DNA of 64,000 nt, from the IMG/VR virus record IMGVR_UViG_3300035670_000143, positions 10,950 through 74,949 of that record. One strand, written 5' to 3'. A program made the translations under genes and the position numbers. Shown piece after piece: positions 10,437 to 21,404 of this stretch. The stretch is from a virus. How positions within the stretch are numbered: the stretch's first letter is position 1; the number at the start of each line of letters is the position of its first letter. The notes beneath the pieces were generated by a model. That model worked only from the letters and a program-made list of their open reading frames with translations. It did no database searches and had not been told where the DNA came from.

Positions 10437-12490
10437 TGACTGCCAATTATAATGAATCTCAGCAGTATAATAATGCTAATTATTCTTATAGTGGCACAGA
10501 CCTAGTTTGGGATAATTCTTCCATATCATACGACAGCATCACGTTGTCTTATGATGATTATCCATTAAGAACGGCTTCGGGATCGGCTGTTGGATCCTCA
10601 ACTTCTTCTGGTGATAAGATCTACACCCAGAGAACAGCGACTTCTTCTGGGTCTGGATCTTCATCAAGCCAATTTGCTTATCTAAAAACCTCTAGCGTAT
10701 CGGGTTCTGCTTCTGGCTCTGCTTCTTCAACCGAATCTGTGTTGATTCCAAGGGGAGCCACCGGTAGCGCTACAGGTGGTTCAAATACTGTTTATGATAA
10801 GACAAATCGACTTGAGAGGCAAGTTGTCGGTACGGGCAATGGTAGTCATGGAATTAATAGCAACAGCTTTGTTCCATCAGTGTTGCCTTGGAATGATTCA
10901 TATTATTCGATAACATTTAATAGTAATGGATATAAGTTCTATGGTTTAGATGTTGAGCCGAGCATTGCTGCAGCCGGTCTGTTTGTTGAGTCTAACCTTA
11001 CTGTCTCCGCTTATGAGATTCAGTATGCTTCGGCATCCATTTCTTCAAACACAGAAACATTTGTTTCTGCTATAGAGATACAGTATGCTCTGATCTCGGT
11101 CAGCGGCCTTTCTGTTTCTGTTGTTTTGGCTCTTGAAGAGCAACGAGCAAGAATTGCTATTGATATCGAATCTAATGCTGTAATTGACACGATGAAGGAT
11201 GCTTATGCAAGAGCATCTCTTAGTGGTGATCTTACTGCTGTTTCTTCGCCAATTGAAATCCAGTATGCAAGTTCTAGTGTTTCATTTGATGCTGAATGCA
11301 CCCCAACTGCTATTGAGATTCTGTATGCGGATCCGGTGGACCAATCCATTGAATCTGAATTTACATCTAATGCAACAAGAGTACGGGTCGTTAGTTGTAG
11401 TTTGTCCATTGAAGCCAGCGTAAATGTTGGAGCGTATAAGTTTGCTAGGGCATTGATTGATAACATAATTGACGCTCAGTTGACAGCGACTGCTTATAAG
11501 GAAACATGGATGACATCATCAATGAGTGCTGATGGTGATGTTACTCCGAGAGCGATTGAAATTCAGTATGCATACCCAGATCCTATGGTATCTGAACTTG
11601 ATGCAACTATAAGAGCCATTGAAATTCTTTTGACCGGATCAGTTGTTTCATTTGAGTCTGATGCAACAGTCACGGCATATGAAATTCAGCTTGGCAAAGC
11701 AGATCTTTCTATTGAAGGTTACACATTAACTGTAGCCCAGGAAATTCTCTATCCAGAAATTGCTATTGATATAACTTCCGATGCTCAGGTCACGGCGTAC
11801 AAGATTGCATACTCAGAGTGTAGTCTGTCAATTGAATCTGACATGTCCGTAACAGCATATGAGATTCAGTATGCTCGTCAGGATATAAATGTTGAGTCTG
11901 AACTTGTTGCTGATGGTACAAAGATTGCTTATGCCGCCGCTGATCTTTCCGTTGAAGGATACACGGTAACTGTTGGTAAGGAAATACTGTTTGCCAGGAT
12001 TTCTGTAGCATTTAGCACTAATGTCCTGTTCGTTACTCCTCTCAGGTTCAGCGATAATATTGTTGAAGATACACAGGTTATTAGGACACTCCTGTTGCTT
12101 GATGATAAACCGCTGACCGAGCACAATAGAACATTTGCTAGTTCAATAAATCCTTCATTTATTGAGACAACTAACTGGAAAAATTCAAGAAACAGGTACT
12201 ACAAGAAATCAAGCGGAAGAAAAACTTTTTCAATAACTTGGTCATATGTTCCAAACAATAGAGAGAATACAGTTGATTTAAAGTTTGGAAGGGATATGAT
12301 TAATAGAATAGCAAACGATCCAGATATACATACATTGAGATACTTAAACATCGACTCTGATGGGACGAATCCGTACTCAGAGGAGCAGTTGGATGTTGTT
12401 GTTAAGAGCTATTCAGAAAAATTAGTGAGAAGAGACATTGACAATGATGTATACTTTTGGGACTGCGCTTTGGAGTTAGAGGAAGTATAA
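10436..12490 (+). CDS. Tail fibre with ~17 x 20-aa repeats and a C-terminal distal-tail-like domain
   Basis: Periodic EIQYA-type repeats; C-terminus paralogous to 6615..7010. Confidence 0.65.
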   Translation: MTANYNESQQYNNANYSYSGTDLVWDNSSISYDSITLSYDDYPLRTASGSAVGSSTSSGDKIYTQRTATSSGSGSSSSQFAYLKTSSVSGSASGSASSTESVLIPRGATGSATGGSNTVYDKTNRLERQVVGTGNGSHGINSNSFVPSVLPWNDSYYSITFNSNGYKFYGLDVEPSIAAAGLFVESNLTVSAYEIQYASASISSNTETFVSAIEIQYALISVSGLSVSVVLALEEQRARIAIDIESNAVIDTMKDAYARASLSGDLTAVSSPIEIQYASSSVSFDAECTPTAIEILYADPVDQSIESEFTSNATRVRVVSCSLSIEASVNVGAYKFARALIDNIIDAQLTATAYKETWMTSSMSADGDVTPRAIEIQYAYPDPMVSELDATIRAIEILLTGSVVSFESDATVTAYEIQLGKADLSIEGYTLTVAQEILYPEIAIDITSDAQVTAYKIAYSECSLSIESDMSVTAYEIQYARQDINVESELVADGTKIAYAAADLSVEGYTVTVGKEILFARISVAFSTNVLFVTPLRFSDNIVEDTQVIRTLLLLDDKPLTEHNRTFASSINPSFIETTNWKNSRNRYYKKSSGRKTFSITWSYVPNNRENTVDLKFGRDMINRIANDPDIHTLRYLNIDSDGTNPYSEEQLDVVVKSYSEKLVRRDIDNDVYFWDCALELEEV

Positions 12491-12491
12491 A

Positions 12492-15400
12492 ATGATTAAT
12501 GTTGATATATACAACAAGCAATTAAGTACTCAATTTAATTCTAAAATTGTATCGTCTTCGCAAAGAATTAAACCAAAAGTTTTAATTGACTGGCTAGATA
12601 CTAGACATTGTAGTAATTTATCTGTATCAACTAATGATGTATACTCTGAAACTGGCGCTGGCACATTTGCTTATTATTTTGATCCAAAGCAAGCGTTTAA
12701 TGGGTTTGAAAGACAGTCGTTTACGTGGGCTGTCTGTAACTCAAAAGATATAAATGGTAAGACTATTACCGCTGATGGGACATGGCATGCTGTACCTAAA
12801 GATATTTCTGGTAACTATGAGTTTGGGTGGTGGTCATCTTATAAATCTAGCAATACTGCTCATGTTACATATGATGGATATGGGTTCACAACGAACCCCG
12901 TTATTACAGCCTCTTTTGACAATAGAAAATGCAACCTGATAAGAGTCTTTACTTCAGAGTATTCTGGGCAAATAGATACATATAGAATAACAATTCGCAG
13001 TAATGACTCTGGTGTTCCTAATCCGCTTTTCTCAGAAGTGGTTAGAATATTAGATGGTAGATATTACTTCGATCACTTCCTCCCTGAATCAGTCGGTCAT
13101 TCAACAATTTATCAAGTAGAGATTGAAATCTTAACTGTAAAAAACCCATCTGACCGAGCTAGGATTCAGGAGATAAACATTATCTATCAGGAGGATATGT
13201 CAGATTACGTTATTTCATATACCTCTGATAAAGCAAGAGATGTTCATGAATCTAGCTTACCTATCGCTGGCTCTTCTTCGGGTACTGTCAAAATTGATTT
13301 TGATAATACAAATAAAGATTTTAATATTTTCGGAACATCTTCACAATTTGGTCAATACATGAAAAAAGATATCAAGATGCAAGTAACATCTGGATGGCAA
13401 ATCTTTAAGCATGATGATGATGAGGTAGAGAAAATACTTCTACAAACAATTTCAAGTTCTGATTTATCAATGTCTATTAATAATACAGATGAACTTCCTG
13501 ATGGCGGTGCTGGTAATTATTTTATCTTATGCATAGATCCAGATAAGTATAGTAAAGAGTATGTGCTGTGTTCAGCAAAATCCGGTACTTATGATATAAC
13601 TATTGTTGAAAGAGGATATGCTAATACGATTGCAAGATCTCATCAAATCGGCTCCAAAGTAATATTTGAAACATTTGAGTACCCAGCTTACGCTGAGGTG
13701 TATGTTGATGAGTGGTCATCAAGCACAGATAGCATGTCTGTTAACGCAACTGCAACTGACTGGTCTAAATTTTTAAATGAAAAGATTATTACTGACGGGT
13801 TCTTTTTGGAAAAAGATACCGTGACATCAGCAGTGGAAAAGTTGTTGATGACTTGTAATTTCCCTAAAAAGAAAATTCAAAGTTTAAATAGATTTGATGT
13901 AGATGCAAGAAATATGAAGGCTATTCTTCATTTTGATTTTAATGAGTCTGCCATAGATAGATCAGGTAATTCTATCTCTGTAGACAATGGATTGCGATCA
14001 AGATTCTTTGCGCTACCTTCGGGGTCTTACAACAAGGTAAAGGATATAACCGCCGATGCTTTGGACAGGAATCTAACACAATTAGAGAAGGCTCTAGGAG
14101 AGACTTCCTTCGTTTCTCCTAGTTATGTTGCTAATTCAAAAGATATCTCCACTAATTCGCTGTGTCTGGAACTGGGGGCTTCTTCGGGCTTCTCGTTCAC
14201 AGCAAATAACGGTGATAGCGTTTCTGAATACTTTAACTGTGTTTTTGATGGATTCTATATTCCAACTGAGACTGGGGAGCAGTACATTGTTGTTGATATC
14301 GCCAATGGCGGGGTTAGAGTATATCTTGATGATAATTTAATTCTTAATGAGTGGAGACTACATCCGGTTTCTGCTGGTTCGTATTTTACTGTTGAGTCTG
14401 GTGCTCTTGATTTGACGGCAGGTAAGCCATACAAGATAAGAGTTGAGGCATTTCATTATTCTGGTGACTTCGCTATCACGCTTAAATATGCAGTTGGGCT
14501 GTCACCCTCAGAAGATATAACTCCATCTATGACAAAAACTATTGCAGCCATAGATTCAATTGGGTCTAGAAATGCTAGCTTTATTCCTGGTGACCCAGAT
14601 AGAAATAAACAGTGTAACTACGGTTTATATCTTGGTGGAGGGAATATTGGCCTCACGGGTGGAATGGAGTCTTCTGAAGAGAATAGGGCTGTCCTGTTCG
14701 GCTCTAGTAAATATTTAAGATTGCCATATGACATATCATGGGACTTAACTAATTCCTCTAGTGAAAATTATACAGGTGATTTTACAATAGAAATCTTAGT
14801 TAAGCCTACGGAAGCTTTTTCTAACAATGGTGAGTATCTAAGTACATGGGTAGATTCTGGTTCGTCGTCTGATGGTTTTGAATTTTATAGTAACGCATCA
14901 TCTCATGGCTTTAAGATATTTACAACAGGCGGGTATCAGTCAGTATCATCCAATGTGGCTCTGTCTACGTCTGACTGGTCACATCTATGCGTTACGTATT
15001 CGTCAGGATCTTCTAGTCTTAAGTATTACGTTAATGGGGAAATAAGTAATAGTCTTGTATTGTCAAACTCTTTATCTTCCTGGTCTAATCTAGATCTGAC
15101 TTTTGCCGGGAGAGGGGCATATTATGACGAGCTCTCTTTTTCAGAAGTCGCCCCATCAGATATTAGAGATATATATTTTGATGAATTTGTTCTGTACAAT
15201 ACAGAACTATCTAGTTCACATATTAAAAATAGATATACAGAAATTAATATGAAAGAGCTAACAATTTATCCATTTTTATATGGAAGCGAAAACTCTGTGC
15301 GCCAAATAATTGATGAGATATCTTTAGCAGATTTGGGTAGGTTCTATATCGATGAATTAAATAATGCTAGATATGAACATTATTATAAGTTATTTGAAGA

Positions 15401-16379
15401 AACAATAGATCAGCATGCTAATGTTCAATCATCAATTAACGATGACAATTCAATCATTAGCGCTGATTACAATGTACAGTTGCAAGCAAATAAAGTAGTT
15501 GTAAAGATATCTGGCATTTCATCTAATCTAGTTGGTGTTCAACCTTTATGGCGTGCTCCTGACCCAACAACTCTTGCTGTTGTTAATTTAGATTCGTCAC
15601 TTACTGCTGCAGATACTTCAATGTATGTATCGACAACGACAGATCCGCCTTTTTCTAAAGCTGGATATTTAGTTATTGATGATGAAATTATTAAATATAA
15701 CGACACAACACCAAACTCTTTTTTAAACTTAGAAAGAGGATACTTTAATACAAGTGCTACAACTCATACGGCAAATACAAAGGTGAGAGAAGTTAGATAT
15801 TGGGATCTTAAATATGACAAAGCACCAGCCTTCCAAGTTAAGAATCCCTTTATTACAGGGATACTATTTGAGTCACCAGACGAGATTCAATTAATAAGAT
15901 TCATACCGTCTGCTTATGGTGCAGAATTGATTATAGCTGCTAGTGAGAATGTAGATAAAGGTGAATTTGTATTTGCGGAAGGAACAAATCCATTAACTGA
16001 AAAGGTTTCTTTTACATCTATAGCAGGCATCCCTGTTGTTGTTACAGAACAAAATAGCCAGATCAAAGAACAAGTAGCTGACTTAGAAGACAATATTAGA
16101 TTATACGGTCTTAAAGAAGTTGTAATAGAAAATAGATTCATTACAGACTTTAATCACGGACAAAAAATAGCGGATTTTATAATTAGTAAAATGAGTGCTC
16201 CAGTTCCTATACTTAATATTACTACAATACCTACACCAAAAATTCAAGTTGGTGATAGAATTAGAATTACTGAACTTGATGCTTTTGATATAATTAATGG
16301 TGATTATTGGGTCATGAGTAAAAGTTATAGTTATAGCTCTAGTCCAACACAATCAATGGTGCTTAGGAAGGTGGTGTAG
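12492..16379 (+). CDS. Baseplate hub / central tail protein with PA14 and LamG (ConA-like) domains
   Basis: PA14-like GVRVYLDDNLILNEW...LTAGKPYKIRVE; LamG-like FTIE..VKP, WSHLCVTY, YYVNG, DEFVLYN; hub-like C-terminal QVGDRIRI. Confidence 0.75.
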   Translation: MINVDIYNKQLSTQFNSKIVSSSQRIKPKVLIDWLDTRHCSNLSVSTNDVYSETGAGTFAYYFDPKQAFNGFERQSFTWAVCNSKDINGKTITADGTWHAVPKDISGNYEFGWWSSYKSSNTAHVTYDGYGFTTNPVITASFDNRKCNLIRVFTSEYSGQIDTYRITIRSNDSGVPNPLFSEVVRILDGRYYFDHFLPESVGHSTIYQVEIEILTVKNPSDRARIQEINIIYQEDMSDYVISYTSDKARDVHESSLPIAGSSSGTVKIDFDNTNKDFNIFGTSSQFGQYMKKDIKMQVTSGWQIFKHDDDEVEKILLQTISSSDLSMSINNTDELPDGGAGNYFILCIDPDKYSKEYVLCSAKSGTYDITIVERGYANTIARSHQIGSKVIFETFEYPAYAEVYVDEWSSSTDSMSVNATATDWSKFLNEKIITDGFFLEKDTVTSAVEKLLMTCNFPKKKIQSLNRFDVDARNMKAILHFDFNESAIDRSGNSISVDNGLRSRFFALPSGSYNKVKDITADALDRNLTQLEKALGETSFVSPSYVANSKDISTNSLCLELGASSGFSFTANNGDSVSEYFNCVFDGFYIPTETGEQYIVVDIANGGVRVYLDDNLILNEWRLHPVSAGSYFTVESGALDLTAGKPYKIRVEAFHYSGDFAITLKYAVGLSPSEDITPSMTKTIAAIDSIGSRNASFIPGDPDRNKQCNYGLYLGGGNIGLTGGMESSEENRAVLFGSSKYLRLPYDISWDLTNSSSENYTGDFTIEILVKPTEAFSNNGEYLSTWVDSGSSSDGFEFYSNASSHGFKIFTTGGYQSVSSNVALSTSDWSHLCVTYSSGSSSLKYYVNGEISNSLVLSNSLSSWSNLDLTFAGRGAYYDELSFSEVAPSDIRDIYFDEFVLYNTELSSSHIKNRYTEINMKELTIYPFLYGSENSVRQIIDEISLADLGRFYIDELNNARYEHYYKLFEETIDQHANVQSSINDDNSIISADYNVQLQANKVVVKISGISSNLVGVQPLWRAPDPTTLAVVNLDSSLTAADTSMYVSTTTDPPFSKAGYLVIDDEIIKYNDTTPNSFLNLERGYFNTSATTHTANTKVREVRYWDLKYDKAPAFQVKNPFITGILFESPDEIQLIRFIPSAYGAELIIAASENVDKGEFVFAEGTNPLTEKVSFTSIAGIPVVVTEQNSQIKEQVADLEDNIRLYGLKEVVIENRFITDFNHGQKIADFIISKMSAPVPILNITTIPTPKIQVGDRIRITELDAFDIINGDYWVMSKSYSYSSSPTQSMVLRKVV

Positions 16380-16381
16380 CA

Positions 16382-17518
16382 ATGAGGGCTAGATCTAGTG
16401 CAATATCTGAAAGTGGTGTTGTCTATTTTTCTGCTGGCGGCCATAGCCATGATGGTGTCGGGTCATCTATCATAGATACAAGTAAATACTCTATTTTTGA
16501 TTTTGGATTTGGGCTAGTCGGAACTAATAACGATAGAATTAATAAACAAACTATTAATGAAACTGCATTTAAAAACTTTATTATTAAAACAATAAACGAA
16601 TCAGTGTTAGAGCCGGCAGGGATCGTCCTTCAGGAAAACATAATTAATTCTAGGAATATTATTTCTGGTTCTATCACCGGTGTGGAAATTGCTGCTAATA
16701 CAATTACTGGTAATAATATTGCCGCTGGAACAATTACGGCTGATCTAATTGATGCTAATGCATTAATTGTTAGTTCTGTTCTACTTAATAATGGTGACTA
16801 TTGGAATGATGATTTTGGATTTCAATTGGGTGGTGCTAATGGAATTATTTATTCTGGAAATACTATAACAATTGGAACTAATGTAAATATTACTGCTGAA
16901 CTTGCTGCCGACAGTATCACGGTTGGTGCTGGTGGTAATATCTTAGAGATTGATGATGATCTTCAATCTGGTACAAAAGCAGGTCTTGAGATCGGTGGTG
17001 GTGCTTATAATTACTGGTACACGGATGGAACATTCCGTGTTGGTGGAGCATTCTCTTTCATGGAGTGGGACGGTACAACCTTTAGAATTAGAGGTGGATT
17101 TGACTCAGGTGGAGAAGATTCTATTGAATTAGAAGGTCTTGTTATTTCAAGTAGACCATTGGATGATCCTAGTTTTTTAACCTATGGCGCTGTTGTCTTA
17201 GCTCCCGCTGAGTATTCCAGTACTGGTGGTAATGATGCCATCAGATTTTACTCTGGTAGTAGTAGCGAGAACTCTAATAATACAGCCTCTATTCGCGCTT
17301 TAGACGGTGGTGATCTTCGTATATCTGGGTCTGCCGCTTCACAGTCTATATCGCTAAGTTCTGTTTCTAATGGTGTTTCGTTTGGCGGTCCAGCTTATGC
17401 GACATCTTACTCAAACACTTCTGTTAATGAAGGTGCATATTTTAGAAATATATCATATGGTAATGCGACGGTTAAAAATAATCTTGTACCTATTATTGGA
17501 GATATACATTTTAGTTGA
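16382..17518 (+). CDS. Minor tail protein / spike
   Basis: HSHDG motif and repeated GxIT/IAAxTIT beta-helix motifs; follows the hub gene. Confidence 0.6.
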   Translation: MRARSSAISESGVVYFSAGGHSHDGVGSSIIDTSKYSIFDFGFGLVGTNNDRINKQTINETAFKNFIIKTINESVLEPAGIVLQENIINSRNIISGSITGVEIAANTITGNNIAAGTITADLIDANALIVSSVLLNNGDYWNDDFGFQLGGANGIIYSGNTITIGTNVNITAELAADSITVGAGGNILEIDDDLQSGTKAGLEIGGGAYNYWYTDGTFRVGGAFSFMEWDGTTFRIRGGFDSGGEDSIELEGLVISSRPLDDPSFLTYGAVVLAPAEYSSTGGNDAIRFYSGSSSENSNNTASIRALDGGDLRISGSAASQSISLSSVSNGVSFGGPAYATSYSNTSVNEGAYFRNISYGNATVKNNLVPIIGDIHFS

Positions 17519-17524
17519 GGCTTT

Positions 17525-19408
17525 ATGGGCATTGAAGTATATACAAACTCTGGATGGCAGAACTATTATGATCCTGAAATATACACCGCATCAGGATGGC
17601 AGGATATTTTATTTGGCGAGGTATACACAGGTACTGGCCCTAATAATGGTTGGGATTATTTTTATGTAAGAATTAATGTTGTTGATCCTGAAATAACAGA
17701 GGTTTCTAAAACTCAAACATCGATTACAGTAAATGTTAGTCATACCAACCCAGACTCTGACCTTGTTCGTGTTTATATATATCGTCTTGATGGTAATGGT
17801 AATCCTATTAATGGTCAGTACTTTCCAAGCCAGGCTGGTACAACTGGTACAATTAATCAAAACTATACACAATCAAGTCTTCAGTTAGGTACTACTTATA
17901 CATTCCGTGCTTATGCCGAATATTTAGATGCCAATGGTAATGTTATGATTACTAGCGGTATTGACCAACTGTCTGTTACTACTGATGTCTATAATCTCTA
18001 TACGCCAACAAATTTATCACTTGTTAAAGATGGGTATGATCTATCAGGTAGTGTGTATACAGGGAGATTGACTGCTACAGCAAGTTCTAATCCCCTGTAT
18101 TCTCAGAATGGTAGCGTAGCATATATTAGGTTTGAGTTGACTGATGGATTTACTACATATACATTAAATAGTTCTAATCTTTTTAATACCGATTCATTGC
18201 AATCAAAAAGTGTTACATTTACTGGTTTAAATTTAGGTACACAATGGATTTGTCGTGCTAGAACTATTTATACAACTATAGGTGAACAGAGTAGTTGGAC
18301 TGGGTATTCTGCGCCAGCAACAACTGTTAACTGGACTAGAGTATACGTTCCATCCCAGAATACGTATGCTCATATGCAGAATTCATCTTATTTTATATCT
18401 TTTGCATCATCTGGTACTAGTAATAAGTCAGGGAATCCAACATCCCAAGCATCAGATGGTAATATATCAACACAATGGGTGTCTGACCCATACACAACTC
18501 AAACGACAACAACTCAGGAATCTAGGAATATATCAACAACATCATATGATGATTTTCTTGGTATCATAACACATGATACTTCTGGTACTCATAATATAAC
18601 AGCGGATGGTGTCTCTGGTACTACACAAGTAAACAGTCTTACTTTTGGACTAGCCGGTGCTGTCTTTACTGACGCATCATCTATTACATTTGAAGTTTCT
18701 GATGCCTATTCAATTATTCGTGGTAGTGGAACTATTAACGGTAGTGGTTTAGCAAATGTTGACGGCGTTCCTAGAACAATACTAACAGTTCAGCCAGTGA
18801 CAAGTGGCGTGCGACAGGTTCGTTTTGCTAGGCCGTCAAATGTTGCTGAGGGTCTAAAAGCCGAACAGGGAACTCTTTTTATAGGAAGCCAAAGCACAGT
18901 GAATGGTAACTCAGTATCTAGTCTTGGTGGGTCAAGTACTGTATTTAGAGTTGATAGCAATACTTTTAATCGATTTGAAAGTAGTAATCCAGGTTCAATG
19001 CCGACAACTAGCACATCTGGCACAGTAACATACAATGTTCAAACTGAAACCCAAGTTCCCAAGGGAGCCGGGTCGGAAACTTTAACATTGTTTGCTGCGC
19101 CTGCTAACATGTCCTCTCCTAGAAGAGATGTGCAATTGGAGGCTGTAAGTTATAGGCATGGCACATTAGGAAGTTCTAGTGCAAGCATAATAATAAATGG
19201 TAATAGTATAGGAAGTTATACTCCTAGTGCAAACTCTACATTTCTATCATCAACACCAGAATTGGCTCCCAATTATACATCTATTGGTGGGACAGGGGGG
19301 ACAGGTTGGTATGTAACATGCACTGTCGCAAGAGCTTTAAGTGGTAGTTTGTATTATTCAACAACAAGCGAGGTACAATTGAGGTATAGTTATGAGGTAT
19401 TACAATGA
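17525..19408 (+). CDS. Virion protein with FN3/Ig-like domains
   Basis: LQLGTTYTFRAYA and FTGLNLGTQWICRAR FN3-type motifs; Ser/Thr-rich. Confidence 0.6.
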   Translation: MGIEVYTNSGWQNYYDPEIYTASGWQDILFGEVYTGTGPNNGWDYFYVRINVVDPEITEVSKTQTSITVNVSHTNPDSDLVRVYIYRLDGNGNPINGQYFPSQAGTTGTINQNYTQSSLQLGTTYTFRAYAEYLDANGNVMITSGIDQLSVTTDVYNLYTPTNLSLVKDGYDLSGSVYTGRLTATASSNPLYSQNGSVAYIRFELTDGFTTYTLNSSNLFNTDSLQSKSVTFTGLNLGTQWICRARTIYTTIGEQSSWTGYSAPATTVNWTRVYVPSQNTYAHMQNSSYFISFASSGTSNKSGNPTSQASDGNISTQWVSDPYTTQTTTTQESRNISTTSYDDFLGIITHDTSGTHNITADGVSGTTQVNSLTFGLAGAVFTDASSITFEVSDAYSIIRGSGTINGSGLANVDGVPRTILTVQPVTSGVRQVRFARPSNVAEGLKAEQGTLFIGSQSTVNGNSVSSLGGSSTVFRVDSNTFNRFESSNPGSMPTTSTSGTVTYNVQTETQVPKGAGSETLTLFAAPANMSSPRRDVQLEAVSYRHGTLGSSSASIIINGNSIGSYTPSANSTFLSSTPELAPNYTSIGGTGGTGWYVTCTVARALSGSLYYSTTSEVQLRYSYEVLQ

Positions 19409-20541
19409 ATAATTTTATTTTATTAAAAAGAAATTTAGATTTTGACTATAATGATTATTTTCCCAACACAATTTTTGTATGCGATCTCCCTGGTGTTCTG
19501 TCTAATTTAACTCTATTGAAACCCAATGATGAATTTGATATTGAAGATATATCTGATTTAGCAATTAATTTATTTGATGCAAAGATTGGTAATATTCTTC
19601 TTATGAAAGAATATATTGAAAATAATAGTAATTTAACTGTTGAGTACCCATTAGATATTGACGTAGATGATATTGAAATATTTAGTGTTGTAATTCCTCC
19701 ATTTGATGAACTAACCGGCCATGTAGATAAATACACTCAACCATATAATTCATGGGTGTGGGATAAAGATGCTGGACATTGGAAACCACCAGTGCAAAAG
19801 CCAAATTTAGATCTTTCTATGAGGTTGAAATGGGATGAGTCATGGACTGATTGGAAAGTTAGTTTTGGATCACAAAATATTGATCGTAAAAAAAGAGCCT
19901 TTCAACTATGGCTGTCTGCTGAAGCAGACGGATCAAGTATGTTTTTAAACGCTTGCTCAACAAGAGATTACATGATTAAACCATTTGAAAATATAACTCA
20001 TGGGACTAGAGATATTGAAAACTTAATAAAAAAATATAATGATCTAGTAGCAGAAAATTCAGATTATGTGAGGCCGTATATGTCAATACGTAGTCATATA
20101 GTTGTTATAGATCTATCGCCAATTGCTATAATCACATATTCCGAATGCCATGATGATGCAGTAGATATGTTTAATGAGTTGTATTCAATGCACCCTCAGT
20201 TTTTTGCTAGAACCTCGCAGGAACTATTCAGGCTTATTATTGAATGGGCATATTCTCATACACATCTTAATAATCAAGAACTGACAGCAGTTAGTTGTTT
20301 TAATATTTTAAAGGCAGTCCAGATGCCAAAAACAATTCGAGATGGGTTAATTGCAATGCAACCGCAGCAAGTCGGAAAGTTTTTAGAGGGTTCTGATTTA
20401 GCCCTTGTTGAGGAAGATGAAGATCCTGAATCACCAGCCGGGTTTGATAGATGGATCAATAAACTTTATCAGCATTACTGCCATCTCAAACCAGGTCAGG
20501 AAAGTCATATTGATATCCTGCCTGATAGTTATCCTATGTGA
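19405..20541 (+). CDS. Hypothetical protein (possible tail assembly factor)
   Basis: 378-aa ORF coupled by an ATGA overlap; PYNSWVWD...WKPPV.KP motif. Confidence 0.5.
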   Translation: MNNFILLKRNLDFDYNDYFPNTIFVCDLPGVLSNLTLLKPNDEFDIEDISDLAINLFDAKIGNILLMKEYIENNSNLTVEYPLDIDVDDIEIFSVVIPPFDELTGHVDKYTQPYNSWVWDKDAGHWKPPVQKPNLDLSMRLKWDESWTDWKVSFGSQNIDRKKRAFQLWLSAEADGSSMFLNACSTRDYMIKPFENITHGTRDIENLIKKYNDLVAENSDYVRPYMSIRSHIVVIDLSPIAIITYSECHDDAVDMFNELYSMHPQFFARTSQELFRLIIEWAYSHTHLNNQELTAVSCFNILKAVQMPKTIRDGLIAMQPQQVGKFLEGSDLALVEEDEDPESPAGFDRWINKLYQHYCHLKPGQESHIDILPDSYPM

Positions 20542-20555
20542 TATAATATTATCCT

Positions 20556-20729
20556 ATGGAAGAATTAGATATACAGTTATTAATATCATGTTACAACGAT
20601 AAAATGGGTAAATTGATAAATGAACTCGTTGTCAAAGAAGCGGTTATTAAACAACTTGAGAGAAAAGTACAAGCTCTCATGGCTGCAAGTAAGCCTCATA
20701 AATTAGCGGCTGAAGATTTAGAAGAATAA
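20556..20729 (+). CDS. Small coiled-coil protein (57 aa, not in the ORF track)
   Basis: MEELDIQLL...AAEDLEE fills the gap; TGATATAAT just upstream. Confidence 0.6.
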   Translation: MEELDIQLLISCYNDKMGKLINELVVKEAVIKQLERKVQALMAASKPHKLAAEDLEE

Positions 20730-20747
20730 TTGAGGTATAATAGTTAA

Positions 20748-21404
20748 ATGGCTTACGAAAACTATAGGTTTATTTCTTGGACTGACGGAACACCGATATC
20801 CAGTGACAGACTCTCACAGATGTCAACAAATATTGAGCAAGTCAAAGATGCAACAGATGATAGGCCGCAGGGTCTAATTCAAATTAATCAGACAACTTCT
20901 GATATCCCTAGTTCTGTCGGATATTCTGATTTTTCAGAGTATGAATTAATTGCTTTAAAATTTGATTCGCCCTCTGATAGGCGTGTGAGTATAGATGGTA
21001 ATAGGTATTACAGAGTTAATCTCACATTTCCTGGTTTTGTTATTAAAGGTCGTGGTGCTGAGGATTCGACATTCTTGATTAAGATATATCAGGGGATCTT
21101 TGGGTCAGCTTCGACATTACTTCATACGTGGAAAATAACGCCGCACGTGTTCTCTTTCTATGATGTTAGTTCAGGAAGTGGAACAACTACTGTTAGTCCA
21201 AAGGCTAATGGTTATCCCACCATTATTGGAGCTGGTTCTTATTCAACTGTTTTGACAACCACATCATCTGGTCTTTCATCTGAGTCTTTCTATGTTTCTT
21301 TCAAGAGAGATCAAGGAGCCAGCACAGCAAATGCCCCAGCCTATTACATACCAGGTAGTTACAGCACTATACAGTTATATATTGAAGATATTGGCGGTAT
21401 TTAA
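20748..21404 (+). CDS. Minor tail / baseplate protein
   Basis: N-terminal WTDGTPISSDRLSQM..NIE motif of baseplate/fibre anchors; leaderless (TATAAT at 20736-20741). Confidence 0.55.
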   Translation: MAYENYRFISWTDGTPISSDRLSQMSTNIEQVKDATDDRPQGLIQINQTTSDIPSSVGYSDFSEYELIALKFDSPSDRRVSIDGNRYYRVNLTFPGFVIKGRGAEDSTFLIKIYQGIFGSASTLLHTWKITPHVFSFYDVSSGSGTTTVSPKANGYPTIIGAGSYSTVLTTTSSGLSSESFYVSFKRDQGASTANAPAYYIPGSYSTIQLYIEDIGGI

